61,850 bases of DNA from an uncultured Bacilli bacterium (lineage in GTDB: Bacteria > Bacillota_I > Bacilli_A > RF39 > UBA660), in assembly GCA_947591575.1 (NCBI GenBank), contig CANQDI010000001.1, forward strand, positions 1-61,850. Direction: 5' to 3'. The position numbers and the translations under genes were made by a program. Each line of letters starts with the position of its first letter. Position 1 is the first letter of the stretch. This document shows positions 33,132 through 43,009 of the stretch, piece by piece. Under the pieces are notes generated by a model, which worked only from the letters and a program-made list of their open reading frames with translations, was not told where the DNA came from and made no database searches.

Positions 33132-34262
33132 ATGAAATTAACTATTAAAAAAGAAATTTTACAGGATGCTTTAAATAAAGTATCAAAAGCAATTTCTACA
33201 AAAAATTTAATTCCTGTTTTAGCAGGTATACGTTTTGAATTAACAAAGAAAAAATTAACATTAACAGCCAGTGATAATGATATTACAATTCAAACCTTTA
33301 TTCCTTGCGATCATCAAGACGATGTTGATGTAAAAGAAGAGGGGAGTATTCTTATTCAAGGCAAATATATATTGGATATTGTTCGTAAACTTCCTGATAA
33401 ATATATTCACATAGAAGTGATAGATGAATTAAAAATAAGAATATATACAGAAAACAGTGAGTTTAATTTAAATGGAATTAGTGAAAGTGAGTATCCTAAT
33501 ATTGAATTGAATGAAAGTAAAAATTATATTCAACTTCCTATTAAAGAGTTAAAAGATATTGTTTCAGAAACTGCTTTTGCTACTTCTATGGATGAGACAA
33601 AACCTGTTCTTACTGGTATTAATTTTAAAATTTCTGGAAATATGATGGAATGTAACGCAACTGATTCTTATCGTTTAGCTAGAAAATTAATTCAATTAGA
33701 AAACCCTATAGAAGAAAGTTACAATATTGTTATACCTAGTAGAAATATTATAGAATTTACTAAAATACTACCTAGTGAAGAAGAAGGAAATGTTGAATTA
33801 CATATTTTCAATAATAAGATTTTATTTAAATATAACCATATTCTTTTTCAATCTCGTTTAATTAATGGAACTTATCCTAATACAACCAATCTTTTACCAA
33901 CTACTTCAGAAATGATTTTAAAACTTAATTTACGTGATTTCTATGATGTTATTGACCGTGCTAGTATCCTAACAAGTGATAAAGATAAGAACATCGTAAC
34001 TTTAGAGACTGATGGTAATCTTTTAAAAGTGAAGTCTTCTTCTTTAGAAATAGGTAAAGTAGAAGAAAAAATGGCTGTGGAAAAAGATAAAGAGATAGAT
34101 ATTAAAATTTCTTTTAGTGCTAAATATATGATGGATGCATTAAGGGCTTTTAACACAGAAATGATTGATGTTTATTTTGTAGGAGAAATTAAGCCAATTG
34201 TGTTGAAAACATCTGAAAATGAAAGTTTAACACAGTTAGTTCTTCCTATTCGTACCTATTAA
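33132..34262 (+). CDS. dnaN: DNA polymerase III subunit beta (sliding clamp)
   Basis: The 376-aa ORF has a three-domain clamp length, lies downstream of dnaA and ends in LVLPIRTY. Confidence 0.96.
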   Translation: MKLTIKKEILQDALNKVSKAISTKNLIPVLAGIRFELTKKKLTLTASDNDITIQTFIPCDHQDDVDVKEEGSILIQGKYILDIVRKLPDKYIHIEVIDELKIRIYTENSEFNLNGISESEYPNIELNESKNYIQLPIKELKDIVSETAFATSMDETKPVLTGINFKISGNMMECNATDSYRLARKLIQLENPIEESYNIVIPSRNIIEFTKILPSEEEGNVELHIFNNKILFKYNHILFQSRLINGTYPNTTNLLPTTSEMILKLNLRDFYDVIDRASILTSDKDKNIVTLETDGNLLKVKSSSLEIGKVEEKMAVEKDKEIDIKISFSAKYMMDALRAFNTEMIDVYFVGEIKPIVLKTSENESLTQLVLPIRTY

Positions 34263-34269
34263 TAAACCA

Positions 34270-34325
34270 AAAAAGTGAAAAGATATTATTTCTTATATAT
34301 AATCTTTTTCACTTTTTTTTTAATT
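34270..34325 (+). terminator. intrinsic terminator after dnaN
   Basis: AAAAAGTGAAAAGA, a ~20-nt loop and TCTTTTTCACTTTTT are followed by a T-run. Confidence 0.65.
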
Positions 34326-34426
34326 TTTTTGTGGAAAACTTGAAAAATTCGTCTTTTTTCGACAGTAAAATATAGTAAGCTGATAGGCATGAAAGCACAG
34401 AAAATGCTTTCGAAGGGGGAATTTAT

Positions 34427-34888
34427 ATGCAAAAAGAAGCTTATGAAATTAATGAAGGAACTTATGCTATCTGTTCTAATGATAGACTAGGTTCAACTAT
34501 TTTGGAGGAAGAAGGGACCTATGAAATTTTAGAAAATCCTTCTCATGTCATTGATTATGGTTGTAATTATTTTGGAAGTACCTATAAAGGGAGAAGAGAG
34601 GGGGCTATTCATATTTTAAATAGTCGTTATAAAGTTCCAATTGTTATTGAAGATAGTCAAAATATGATTTTCTTTCCAACTGGAAATAAAGATGATTATG
34701 AATGTAGTTGGATTGCTCTTAACAAAATTAAAAATTATGCACCTTCTGGTAGAAAAACGAAAGTAGAGTTTATCAATGGTGAAATATTAACATTTGATAT
34801 TTCTTTTCGTTCTTTTCAAAACCAGGTTTTAAGAGCGAGTAGGTTGGATTCTATTTTAATGAATCGAAAGAATAAAAAAACAGTATAA
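34427..34888 (+). CDS. ComK-family protein (competence transcription factor family)
   Basis: The 153-aa ORF aligns by eye with B. subtilis ComK in four blocks. YEINEGTYAI pairs with YEVNGATIAV, and VIDYGCNYFGSTYKGRREGA with IVDRSCRFFGSSYAGRKAGT. YKVPIVIEDSQNMIFFPTGN...CSWIAL pairs with HKPPIMVDPSNQIFLFPTLSS...CGWISH, and ISFRSFQNQVLRASRL with ISYNSFENQVYRTAWL. It has the RBS GAAGGGGG. Confidence 0.8.
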   Translation: MQKEAYEINEGTYAICSNDRLGSTILEEEGTYEILENPSHVIDYGCNYFGSTYKGRREGAIHILNSRYKVPIVIEDSQNMIFFPTGNKDDYECSWIALNKIKNYAPSGRKTKVEFINGEILTFDISFRSFQNQVLRASRLDSILMNRKNKKTV

Positions 34889-34998
34889 AAATTGTTTTTT
34901 TTCTTTTTTATGATGATTTTTGTGATATAATATAGTTACGTGTATAGGAGTACTGGAGGATGGTAATTTTGTTTCAATGAGGTTAAAATACAGCAAAA

Positions 34999-36108
34999 AT
35001 GATAATTAAGCATTTAAGTTTACTTCAATTTCGTAACTATAAAAGATTAGAACTAGATTTTCATCCTACTATGAATATTTTAATAGGGGACAATGCAGTT
35101 GGAAAAACAAATATTTTAGAGGCAATTGAAGTATTATCTCTTACAAAGAGTCATCGTGCAAGTGATTCTAGTCTTATCATGTATCATAAATCACTTGCTA
35201 AAATAAAAGGAACTGTTTTAGTTGATAACATTCTTCGAAAATTAGAAGTTGACTACGATACAGTCCAAAAAAAAACAAAAATTAATGGAACAGTCATTTC
35301 TAGAATAAGTGATTATATTTCATCATTAAATGTGATTGTTTTTACACCAGATGATATTGAAATTATTAAAGGATCTCCTAATATTCGGAGAAATTTATTA
35401 AACATGGAATTATCACAAATATCAAAAAACTATTTATCAACTTATAACCAGTACAACAAACTCCTTAAAACACGCAATGAATATTTAAAAATACTTTTGA
35501 CAAATCATCTTGCAGATAGAAATTATTTGAACGTGATTACAGAAAAACTTGTTGAAAAAGCTGTTTTTATTTATCGATATCGAAAAGAATATATTGATAA
35601 AGTAAATGAAAATATCAGTAGTATTTTTAAAGATATTCATAGTTTTTTTTCCTTGAAAATTCAATATGAACCGAATGTATCTTTTTCATCTTATGAAGAA
35701 AAAGTAATGAAAGAAGAATTACTTTCTATTTATCAAAAATATAGTCAAAAAGAACAGAATTATGGGATGACTTTGTATGGACCTCATAGAGATGATTTTA
35801 CTTTTTATTTAAATGAAAAAAATATTAAAATATATGGGTCTCAGGGTCAACAAAAAGCAGCTGTTTTAGCTTATAAACTTTCTTGTATTCCTATTTTTTT
35901 AGAAAAAACTGGAACAAGACCAGTTTTATTATTTGATGATATTTTTAGTGAATTAGATGGAAAAAAACAAAATAAATTATTAAAATATATAGGAAAAGAT
36001 ATTCAAAGTATTATTACAACAACAGATGTGAAAAATATTCGTAAAAGTTTATTAAAAGATGCTGCAATATTTACTGTCATATCTGGAAATGTGGAAAGGA
36101 AGATGTAA
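34999..36108 (+). CDS. recF: DNA replication and repair protein RecF
   Basis: The 369-aa ORF starts MIIKHLSLLQFRNYKRLEL, has the Walker A motif GDNAVGKTNILEA and an SMC-like signature (GSQGQQKAAVLAYKL). Confidence 0.95.
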   Translation: MIIKHLSLLQFRNYKRLELDFHPTMNILIGDNAVGKTNILEAIEVLSLTKSHRASDSSLIMYHKSLAKIKGTVLVDNILRKLEVDYDTVQKKTKINGTVISRISDYISSLNVIVFTPDDIEIIKGSPNIRRNLLNMELSQISKNYLSTYNQYNKLLKTRNEYLKILLTNHLADRNYLNVITEKLVEKAVFIYRYRKEYIDKVNENISSIFKDIHSFFSLKIQYEPNVSFSSYEEKVMKEELLSIYQKYSQKEQNYGMTLYGPHRDDFTFYLNEKNIKIYGSQGQQKAAVLAYKLSCIPIFLEKTGTRPVLLFDDIFSELDGKKQNKLLKYIGKDIQSIITTTDVKNIRKSLLKDAAIFTVISGNVERKM

Positions 36109-38034
36109 ATGGACGAAAAAATAGAGACAAAATATGATTCTTCTGCAATACAAGTATTAGAAGGATTAGAAGCGGTTAGAAAAAGACCTGGTATGTATAT
36201 TGGAACAACAAGTTCTAGGGGTCTTCATCATTTGGTATGGGAGATTGTAGATAATGCCATTGATGAAGCTTTAGCAGGTTTTTGTTCTCATATTGAAGTA
36301 ATAATAGGAAAGGATAATACCATTACAGTAAAAGATGATGGCCGTGGAATTCCAGTAGATGTTCACCCCAAAACAGGGCTTAGTACAGTTGAAACAGTAT
36401 ATACTGTATTACATGCAGGTGGTAAATTTGGTGGTGGCGGATATAAAGTATCAGGAGGACTTCATGGAGTTGGTGCCTCTGTTGTAAATGCTTTAAGTAT
36501 TTGGCTTGAAGTAAAAGTATATAAAAATGGACATGTTTATTATCAAAAATATGTAAATGGTGGGCATCCACAAGAACCTCTTCATGTGATTGATGATTGT
36601 GATGAAGATCGTACCGGAACAACTGTTACTTTTTTGCCAGATCCAGAAATTTTTACTGAGACGACAGTTTTTGATTATGAAATATTAAAAAATCGATTGA
36701 GAGAACTTGCTTTTTTAAATAGAGGTCTTCGAATAACTTTGTATGATGATAGAGAAGCAGATAAAAAAGATTCTTTTTATTATGAAGGTGGCATTACTGA
36801 ATATGTTGCTTTGTTAAATAAAAATAAAAATCCAATTCATCCTACGATTATTGATGTTTCTGGAGAAGAAAATGATATTATGGTTGAGGTTGCACTACAA
36901 TATAATGAAACGTATAATGCTAGTATTTATTCTTTTGTAAATAATATTACAACTCCTGAAGGTGGAACCCATGAAGATGGTGTTAAGATGGCCTTAACCA
37001 GAATTTTAAATAAATATGCTCAAAATAGTGGAATGTTAAAAAATAATGATAATTCCTTAATGGGAGAAGATGTAAAAGAAGGAATTACGATGATTGTTTC
37101 TGTTAAACATCCAAATCCACAATTTGAGGGACAAACCAAAACAAAACTTGGCAATAGTGAAGTTCGTGGAATTACTAATCATATTTTTGCCGATGCATTT
37201 GAACGTTTTTTGATGGAACATCCTGAAGAAGCAAGAGTTATTGTTGATAAAGCAATGACAGCTTCTCGTGCTAGAGTAGCAGCAAAAAAAGCAAGAGAAC
37301 TTACACGACGCAAGGGAGATCTTGATGTTACTAATTTTTATGGAAAATTATCAGATTGTAAAAGTAAAGATGCGGAAGTAAGTGAGATTTTCCTAGTCGA
37401 AGGGGATTCAGCTGGTGGTTCTGCGATTAAAGGAAGAGATAGTGTAACGCAAGCTATTTTGCCACTTCGTGGAAAAATTTTAAATGTAGAAAAAGCAAGA
37501 CTTGATAGAGCTCTTTCTAATGAAGAAATTCGAACGATTATTACTGCATTTGGAACAGGAATAGGAGAAGAATTTGATCTTTCTAAATTGAGATATAACA
37601 AAATTATTATTATGACCGATGCAGATGTAGATGGTTCTCATATTCGAGTTTTGTTACTTACTCTTTTTTATCGGTTTTTTAAACCGATTGTAGAAGCAGG
37701 TCATGTATATGCAGCTCAACCTCCTTTATTTGTTATTAAACATGGAAAAACTATTAAATATGTTTTAAATGAACAAGAGCGTGATGAATATTTACAATCT
37801 CTTCCTCAAAACACTAAATATGAAATTGCTCGTATGAAAGGTTTAGGAGAAATGGATGCAGAAGAATTGAATGAAACAACGATGGACATTCATAAACGTG
37901 TTTTAAGACAAATTACCGTAGAAGATGCTATTGCAGCAGATGAAGTTTTTTCTAAACTCATGGGTGAAGAAGTGGAACCAAGAAGAGAATTCATTGAGAC
38001 AAATGCTACATATGTAGAAAACTTAGATGTATAG
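36109..38034 (+). CDS. gyrB: DNA gyrase subunit B
   Basis: The 641-aa ORF has the GHKL ATPase motifs ([13 protein letters not shown] and [14 protein letters not shown]), the Toprim motifs EGDSAGG and [10 protein letters not shown], and DADVDGSHI. Confidence 0.98.
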   Translation: MDEKIETKYDSSAIQVLEGLEAVRKRPGMYIGTTSSRGLHHLVWEIVDNAIDEALAGFCSHIEVIIGKDNTITVKDDGRGIPVDVHPKTGLSTVETVYTVLHAGGKFGGGGYKVSGGLHGVGASVVNALSIWLEVKVYKNGHVYYQKYVNGGHPQEPLHVIDDCDEDRTGTTVTFLPDPEIFTETTVFDYEILKNRLRELAFLNRGLRITLYDDREADKKDSFYYEGGITEYVALLNKNKNPIHPTIIDVSGEENDIMVEVALQYNETYNASIYSFVNNITTPEGGTHEDGVKMALTRILNKYAQNSGMLKNNDNSLMGEDVKEGITMIVSVKHPNPQFEGQTKTKLGNSEVRGITNHIFADAFERFLMEHPEEARVIVDKAMTASRARVAAKKARELTRRKGDLDVTNFYGKLSDCKSKDAEVSEIFLVEGDSAGGSAIKGRDSVTQAILPLRGKILNVEKARLDRALSNEEIRTIITAFGTGIGEEFDLSKLRYNKIIIMTDADVDGSHIRVLLLTLFYRFFKPIVEAGHVYAAQPPLFVIKHGKTIKYVLNEQERDEYLQSLPQNTKYEIARMKGLGEMDAEELNETTMDIHKRVLRQITVEDAIAADEVFSKLMGEEVEPRREFIETNATYVENLDV

Positions 38035-38043
38035 GAGGACAAC

Positions 38044-40479
38044 ATGGATAGATTAGAAAAAAATAGTATTGTAAAAGAAGTAAAAGACTCTTTCCTAGAA
38101 TATTCAATGAGCGTTATTGTAGCACGCGCATTACCAGATTTACGGGATGGTTTAAAGCCAGTTCATCGTCGTATTTTATATTCTATGTATGAGTCAGGAT
38201 ATACTCCAGATAAACCTCATAAAAAAAGTGCAAAGACAGTTGGAGAAGTCATGGGAAATTACCATCCACATGGAGATTCTAGTATTTATGAAGCAATGGT
38301 TCGTATGGCACAAGATTTTTCATATCGCTATATGTTAATTGATGGTCATGGAAACTTTGGAAATATTGAAGGATATGGTGCTGCTGCAATGCGATATACA
38401 GAAGCACGTTTATCCAAGATTTCGTTAGAATTACTTAAAAATATTAATAAGAATACTGTTAATTTTATTCCAAATTTTGATGAAACAACGAAAGAACCTG
38501 AAGTATTACCATCTAGATTTCCTAATATTTTAGTAAATGGTACAACTGGAATTGCAGTAGGTATGGCAACGAATATTCCACCACATAATTTAGGAGAAGT
38601 TATTGATGGGTGTGTTGCTTATATCGATAATCCTGATATCGATGTAGATGGATTGATGAAATACATTAAGGGACCTGATTTTCCAACTGGAGCAACTATT
38701 TTAGGAAATAGTGGTATTCGAAAAGCCTATGAAACAGGGCGAGGAACGATTACAATTCGAAGCAAAGCTCAAATTGAAGAAAAAAATGGAAGACAATATA
38801 TTATTGTTGATGAAGTACCTTATGGTATTAATACTTTAGAACTTAAAAATAAAGTGGCAGAGCTTGTACATAATAAAGTTATAGATGGTATCGCAGATTA
38901 TCATTCTGATTTAAAAGATGGTATTAAAATTACGATTACATTGAAAAAAGATGCTAATGCACAGGTTGTGTTAAATCAACTTTATAAACATACTTCTTTT
39001 CAGACAACTTATGGTATTATTTTCTTAATGTTAGATCAAGGTGTCCCAAAAACCCTTGGATTAAAAGATATTATTGAAAAATATATTGAATTTCAAAAAG
39101 AAATCATTATTCGTAGAACTAATTTTGATCTTGAAAATGCAGAAAAAAGAGTTCATATTTTAGAAGGCTTGAAAATTGCACTCGATCATATTGATGCAGT
39201 TATTAAGCTAATTCGTGGATCTAAAACAGATGACGAAGCAAGAAATGGTCTTATGAATCAGTTTGGACTAACTGAGATTCAATCAAATGCTATTCTAGAA
39301 ATGAGACTACGTCGATTAACTGGTTTAGAACGCGAAAAAATCGAAAATGAATTAAATGATCTTTTAAAATTGATTGCTGAACTTAAAGATATACTAAGTA
39401 GTGATGCTAAAATTTTAAATGTTATTCGTACAGAATTATTAGAAATTAAAGGTAAGTATGCTGACGAGCGTAGGACAAATATTGATATGACAGCAATTGA
39501 ATATATTGAAGATGAGTCTCTTATTCCAGTAGAAGATATTATTATTACCTTAACAAATAAGGGATATATTAAACGTTTAAGAGCAGATACTTATCGTGCT
39601 CAAAATCGTGGTGGTGTTGGAATTAAAGGAATGACAACGAACGAAGAAGACTTCGTAGAACATATTGTATCCATGAAAACTCATGATTATCTCTTATTTT
39701 TCTCAAATAAAGGTAAAGTTTATAGATTGAAAGGGTATGAAATTCCAGAATTTACGCGTCAATCAAAAGGTTTACCTATAGTTAACTTATTATCACTGGA
39801 AAAAGATGAATATATCAATTCAATAGTAGAGTTAAATTCAAAGGAAGATATTTATAAATATTTAATGTTTGCAACGAAAAATGGACTTGTCAAACGAACT
39901 CCAATTGGTGAATTTGATAATATTCGTAAGAGTGGTAAAATTGCAATTATTATTAAAGAACAAGATGAATTAATAGTAGTAAGAAAAACAACAGGTGAAG
40001 ATGAAATCATTATCGGTGGCAGTAATGGACGGATGGTTCGTTTCTTGGAACAAGAAATCCGATCTATGGGAAGAGGAACTTCTGGCGTAAAAGGGATGGA
40101 TTTAGAAAATGCAAAAGTCGTTGGTGCAGAAATTATTCATAGCGATGAAGAAGTTTTGATTGTTACTGAAAACGGATATGGAAAGAAAACAAACATTGGA
40201 GAATATCGCCTAACACATCGTGGAAGTAAAGGCGTCAAAGCTTTAAATTTAACCGAAAAAAATGGTAATATGGTTAGTCTAAAACGTGTTGAATCTATTG
40301 AAAATAATGATTTAATGATTGTAACTGATAATGGTGTGATTATGAGAATGCCATTAACACAAATTTCTACATTGAAAAGGGCTACACAAGGAGTAAGATT
40401 AATTCATCTTAAAGATAATCAAAAAGTAGCAACGGTTGCTATTGTTGAAAAAGAAATAATTGAAAGTCAACAAGAATAA
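38044..40479 (+). CDS. gyrA: DNA gyrase subunit A
   Basis: The 811-aa ORF has a QRDR-like [28 protein letters not shown], the active-site motif [10 protein letters not shown] and C-terminal beta-pinwheel repeats. Confidence 0.98.
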   Translation: MDRLEKNSIVKEVKDSFLEYSMSVIVARALPDLRDGLKPVHRRILYSMYESGYTPDKPHKKSAKTVGEVMGNYHPHGDSSIYEAMVRMAQDFSYRYMLIDGHGNFGNIEGYGAAAMRYTEARLSKISLELLKNINKNTVNFIPNFDETTKEPEVLPSRFPNILVNGTTGIAVGMATNIPPHNLGEVIDGCVAYIDNPDIDVDGLMKYIKGPDFPTGATILGNSGIRKAYETGRGTITIRSKAQIEEKNGRQYIIVDEVPYGINTLELKNKVAELVHNKVIDGIADYHSDLKDGIKITITLKKDANAQVVLNQLYKHTSFQTTYGIIFLMLDQGVPKTLGLKDIIEKYIEFQKEIIIRRTNFDLENAEKRVHILEGLKIALDHIDAVIKLIRGSKTDDEARNGLMNQFGLTEIQSNAILEMRLRRLTGLEREKIENELNDLLKLIAELKDILSSDAKILNVIRTELLEIKGKYADERRTNIDMTAIEYIEDESLIPVEDIIITLTNKGYIKRLRADTYRAQNRGGVGIKGMTTNEEDFVEHIVSMKTHDYLLFFSNKGKVYRLKGYEIPEFTRQSKGLPIVNLLSLEKDEYINSIVELNSKEDIYKYLMFATKNGLVKRTPIGEFDNIRKSGKIAIIIKEQDELIVVRKTTGEDEIIIGGSNGRMVRFLEQEIRSMGRGTSGVKGMDLENAKVVGAEIIHSDEEVLIVTENGYGKKTNIGEYRLTHRGSKGVKALNLTEKNGNMVSLKRVESIENNDLMIVTDNGVIMRMPLTQISTLKRATQGVRLIHLKDNQKVATVAIVEKEIIESQQE

Positions 40480-40509
40480 AGTAAATTATCTTTCTTTTCT
40501 TGTTTGAAA

Positions 40510-40525
40510 TATTTCCCGGGAAATA
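40510..40525. promoter_or_regulatory. Noc-binding-site (NBS) type palindrome, copy 1
   Basis: This is a perfect 16-bp palindrome, TATTTCCCGGGAAATA. It contains the B. subtilis NBS consensus ATTTCCCGGGAAAT. Confidence 0.8.
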
Positions 40526-40533
40526 AAATAACA

Positions 40534-40549
40534 AGTTTCACGTGGAACA
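40534..40549. promoter_or_regulatory. parS site, copy 1
   Basis: The site reads AGTTTCACGTGGAACA. Its reverse complement, TGTTCCACGTGAAACT, matches the B. subtilis parS consensus TGTTNCACGTGAAACA at 15 of 16 positions. Confidence 0.85.
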
Positions 40550-40558
40550 TCTCAAAAA

Positions 40559-40574
40559 TATTTCCCGGGAAATA
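40559..40574. promoter_or_regulatory. NBS-type palindrome, copy 2
   Basis: This is a perfect TATTTCCCGGGAAATA. Confidence 0.8.
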
Positions 40575-40582
40575 AAATGATA

Positions 40583-40598
40583 AGTTTCACGTGGAACA
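40583..40598. promoter_or_regulatory. parS site, copy 2
   Basis: The site reads AGTTTCACGTGGAACA, identical to copy 1. Confidence 0.85.
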
Positions 40599-40609
40599 TC
40601 TCACTAAAA

Positions 40610-40625
40610 TATTTCCCGGGAAATA
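40610..40625. promoter_or_regulatory. NBS-type palindrome, copy 3
   Basis: This is a perfect TATTTCCCGGGAAATA. Confidence 0.8.
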
Positions 40626-40635
40626 AAATGGACGC

Positions 40636-40664
40636 TTTACAAAAAAAATATTTTGTAATAGAAT
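40636..40664 (+). promoter_or_regulatory. candidate sigma-A promoter of the SRP RNA gene
   Basis: TTTACA (40636-40641), a 17-nt spacer and TAGAAT (40659-40664) place the transcription start at about G40671. Confidence 0.55.
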
Positions 40665-40670
40665 GAATTT

Positions 40671-40742
40671 GTGCAATAAGTAGTGTTGGAATCAGGTCAG
40701 GACTGGAAAGTAGCAGCCTTAACAATTTCTGCTTATGTGCAC
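40671..40742 (+). ncRNA. ffs: small (4.5S-type) signal recognition particle RNA
   Basis: CAGGTCAGGACTGGAAAGTAGCAGCC matches the universally conserved SRP domain IV (E. coli 4.5S has CAGGUCAGGUCCGGAAGGAAGCAGCC, with a GGAA tetraloop). The 5' GTGCAATAAGTAG pairs with the 3' CTGCTTATGTGCAC, and a TTTTTT run follows. It lies near dnaX, as in Bacillus. Confidence 0.85.
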
Positions 40743-40767
40743 TTTTTTAGTTTAATAGGTGATAAAA

Positions 40768-41211
40768 ATGAATTTAAAATATATGGAATTGGCTATACAG
40801 GAAGCAAAAAAAGCATATAAATCAGGAGAAATTCCTGTTGGTGCCGTTATTGTGAAAGAAGATAAAATTATTGCAAAAGCACATAATCAAAAAGAAAAAA
40901 ATAAGAATGTGATTTGTCATGCAGAAATGATAGCTATAAAAAAAGCTTCAAAAAAAATAAATAATTGGAGATTATCTAATTGTGATATATATATTACGTT
41001 GTTTCCATGTCCTATGTGCGCTAGTGCAATTCAACAATCTAGAATAAAAAATGTATATTATGCATTACAAAATTCAGATTTAAAAACAGTAGAAATTGTG
41101 CAAAAAATTTTTTTAGGATCTGCAATAAATAAAAGTGTTCATTACGAACAAATTGATTGTGACAAAGAATCATTGAAATTATTACAAAATTTTTTTCAAA
41201 AAAAAAGATAA
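40768..41211 (+). CDS. tadA: tRNA adenosine(34) deaminase TadA
   Basis: It has the CDA-fold zinc motifs HAEMIAI and PCPMCASAI. I prefer the ATG at 40768, 5 nt after AGGTGA, over the ORF-track GTG at 40759. Confidence 0.93.
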   Translation: MNLKYMELAIQEAKKAYKSGEIPVGAVIVKEDKIIAKAHNQKEKNKNVICHAEMIAIKKASKKINNWRLSNCDIYITLFPCPMCASAIQQSRIKNVYYALQNSDLKTVEIVQKIFLGSAINKSVHYEQIDCDKESLKLLQNFFQKKR

Positions 41212-41271
41212 AAATACGGTTTCTACGCTTTTTTTATAAAGCTTTGTGATATAATAGTATTGCTAGGGGTG

Positions 41272-42993
41272 ATGGAATTGTATCAAGCTTTATATCGAAA
41301 ATATAGACCTCAAAAATTTGAAGATATTTATGGACAAAACGTAATTGTTAAGACATTGAAAAATAGCATTTTACACAAAAAAATTGGACATGCTTATATG
41401 TTTTCTGGACCTAGAGGTACAGGAAAAACAACGATAGCAAAAATTTTTGCTAGAGCAGTTAATTGCTTGAATTCTATAGATGGAGAAGCTTGTGAAACTT
41501 GTTCCAATTGTTTAAATAGTTTTTCAAAAGAATGTGTTGATATTATTGAAATTGATGCTGCTTCTAATAATGGAGTTGATGAAATACGTGAATTAAAAAA
41601 TAAAGTAAATATTGTTCCTTCCAATTTAAAATATAAAATATATATTATTGATGAAGTTCATATGTTATCAATTGGTGCCTTTAATGCATTATTAAAAACA
41701 CTGGAAGAGCCTCCAGAACATGTTATCTTTATTCTTGCTACCACTGATCCACAAAAAGTTCCTATTACAATTATTTCACGATGTCAATGTTATCAATTTA
41801 AGCGAATTGATGATATAAGTATGTACAATCGCTTAAAAAAAATAGTTGAACTTGAAAATTTTCAAGTTGATGATGATGTTTTGAATGCAATTGTATCAGT
41901 TACAGACGGTGGCCTAAGAGATGCCATTGGATTATTAGATCAAATTACTTCTTATAAAAATGGGCATATCACATTAAATGATTTTCATGAAATATATGGA
42001 AATTTAATGGAAGAAGAGCTAGATAATTTTATAGATTTAATTTTTCAAAACAATGTAAAAGGGGTTATCGATTGCATAGAAAAATATAATTGTGAAGGAA
42101 AAAATATCATTCAGATTATGAAACAAGTTACTTTGACATTAAAGAATAGATTAATTGATTTTTATCTTTATTCAAAAAAAATGACTTGTGATGAAGAAAT
42201 AATTATTCAGTTGATTAATCAATTAAATGAACGAATGTTCGATATTAAAAAAACAGATGATCCAAAAACATATCTAGAAATTTTCTTATTAAATTTCATG
42301 CATAAAAATTTAAAAGATGAAATAAAGGAAGAAAAAGATTTACATTTAACTTTTGATTTAAAAGAAAAAAATGGTTCTATAAATTATAAAGAATTATCTG
42401 ACGAGAATATGGTAGAAGAGAAAATATCAAAAGTTCAAAAAGAAAAAGAAAACCAGACTATTCAAAAAGAAAATAAAGTGATAGATCAAACAAAAGAAAT
42501 GCTTGAAAAAATGTGTATTGAAGCACACAATGTTTTAGTAAATGCATCTAAAAGTGAATTAAATTTGGTAAAAGATGGTTTTGATAAATTATCTGATTTT
42601 ACTTTTGACAGCAATATAGGATATATTGTATGTTATTTAATGGATGGTAATTTAAGAGCAGCTAATCAAGAAAAATTTATTTTAAGTTATGAATATGAAT
42701 CTATGATAGAAAAGATTTTACCAAGTTTAGATAAAATGATGTCTAATTTTAATAAAATTACAAATTTAAAAAAGAAAATAGTTTGCATTACAGATCATCA
42801 ATGGGATAAATTAAAAAAAGACTTTATATATTGTAAGCAAAATGGAATATCCTTTGAACAATTGCCAGAAAAAGCAATGTCCGAAAATAATGGCATAAGC
42901 AATAAAGAAATAGTTGAATCTAAAGCATCATCTATATCTACAAAAGAAAATGAGACATTATCCCTTTTTGGAGATATTGTTGAAATAAATTAA
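41272..42993 (+). CDS. dnaX: DNA polymerase III subunit gamma/tau
   Basis: It starts MELYQALYRKYRPQKFEDIYGQ, has the Walker A motif GPRGTGKTT and the zinc module CETCSNC. The exact start codon is uncertain (the ORF-track TTG is at 41260). Confidence 0.93.
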   Translation: MELYQALYRKYRPQKFEDIYGQNVIVKTLKNSILHKKIGHAYMFSGPRGTGKTTIAKIFARAVNCLNSIDGEACETCSNCLNSFSKECVDIIEIDAASNNGVDEIRELKNKVNIVPSNLKYKIYIIDEVHMLSIGAFNALLKTLEEPPEHVIFILATTDPQKVPITIISRCQCYQFKRIDDISMYNRLKKIVELENFQVDDDVLNAIVSVTDGGLRDAIGLLDQITSYKNGHITLNDFHEIYGNLMEEELDNFIDLIFQNNVKGVIDCIEKYNCEGKNIIQIMKQVTLTLKNRLIDFYLYSKKMTCDEEIIIQLINQLNERMFDIKKTDDPKTYLEIFLLNFMHKNLKDEIKEEKDLHLTFDLKEKNGSINYKELSDENMVEEKISKVQKEKENQTIQKENKVIDQTKEMLEKMCIEAHNVLVNASKSELNLVKDGFDKLSDFTFDSNIGYIVCYLMDGNLRAANQEKFILSYEYESMIEKILPSLDKMMSNFNKITNLKKKIVCITDHQWDKLKKDFIYCKQNGISFEQLPEKAMSENNGISNKEIVESKASSISTKENETLSLFGDIVEIN

Positions 42994-43009
42994 GAAAAGA
43001 GGAAGAAAT

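Larger units (their letters stand above)
40507..40630. repeat. 2.3 copies of a 49-51-bp tandem repeat carrying alternating NBS and parS palindromes
   Basis: The unit reads AAATATTTCCCGGGAAATAAAAT(A/G)A(C/T)AAGTTTCACGTGGAACATCTCA. Copies start near 40507, 40556 and 40607, and the last copy is truncated after the first palindrome. Confidence 0.95.

Noticed and set aside
34340-34426. ComK-box (AAAA-N5-TTTT) autoregulatory sites upstream of the ComK-family gene
   Set aside because: The only candidate, AAAAATTCGTCTTTTTT, needs an N6 spacer and has no properly spaced second box. That is not convincing.
34940-34998. Mini-ORF MVILFQ after GGAGG upstream of recF as a possible yaaA/rlbA remnant
   Set aside because: It has six codons and no similarity to the S4-domain protein, and the ATG directly abuts the GGAGG. 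It is most likely chance.
40507-40630. Short tandem repeats that could be mistaken for a mini-CRISPR array or for gyrA terminators
   Set aside because: There are only 2.3 units, and the would-be spacers are themselves identical (the parS palindrome). No cas genes are present. The palindromes lack a downstream U-run on the plus strand, so they are poor intrinsic terminators. Matches to the NBS and parS consensus sequences explain them better.
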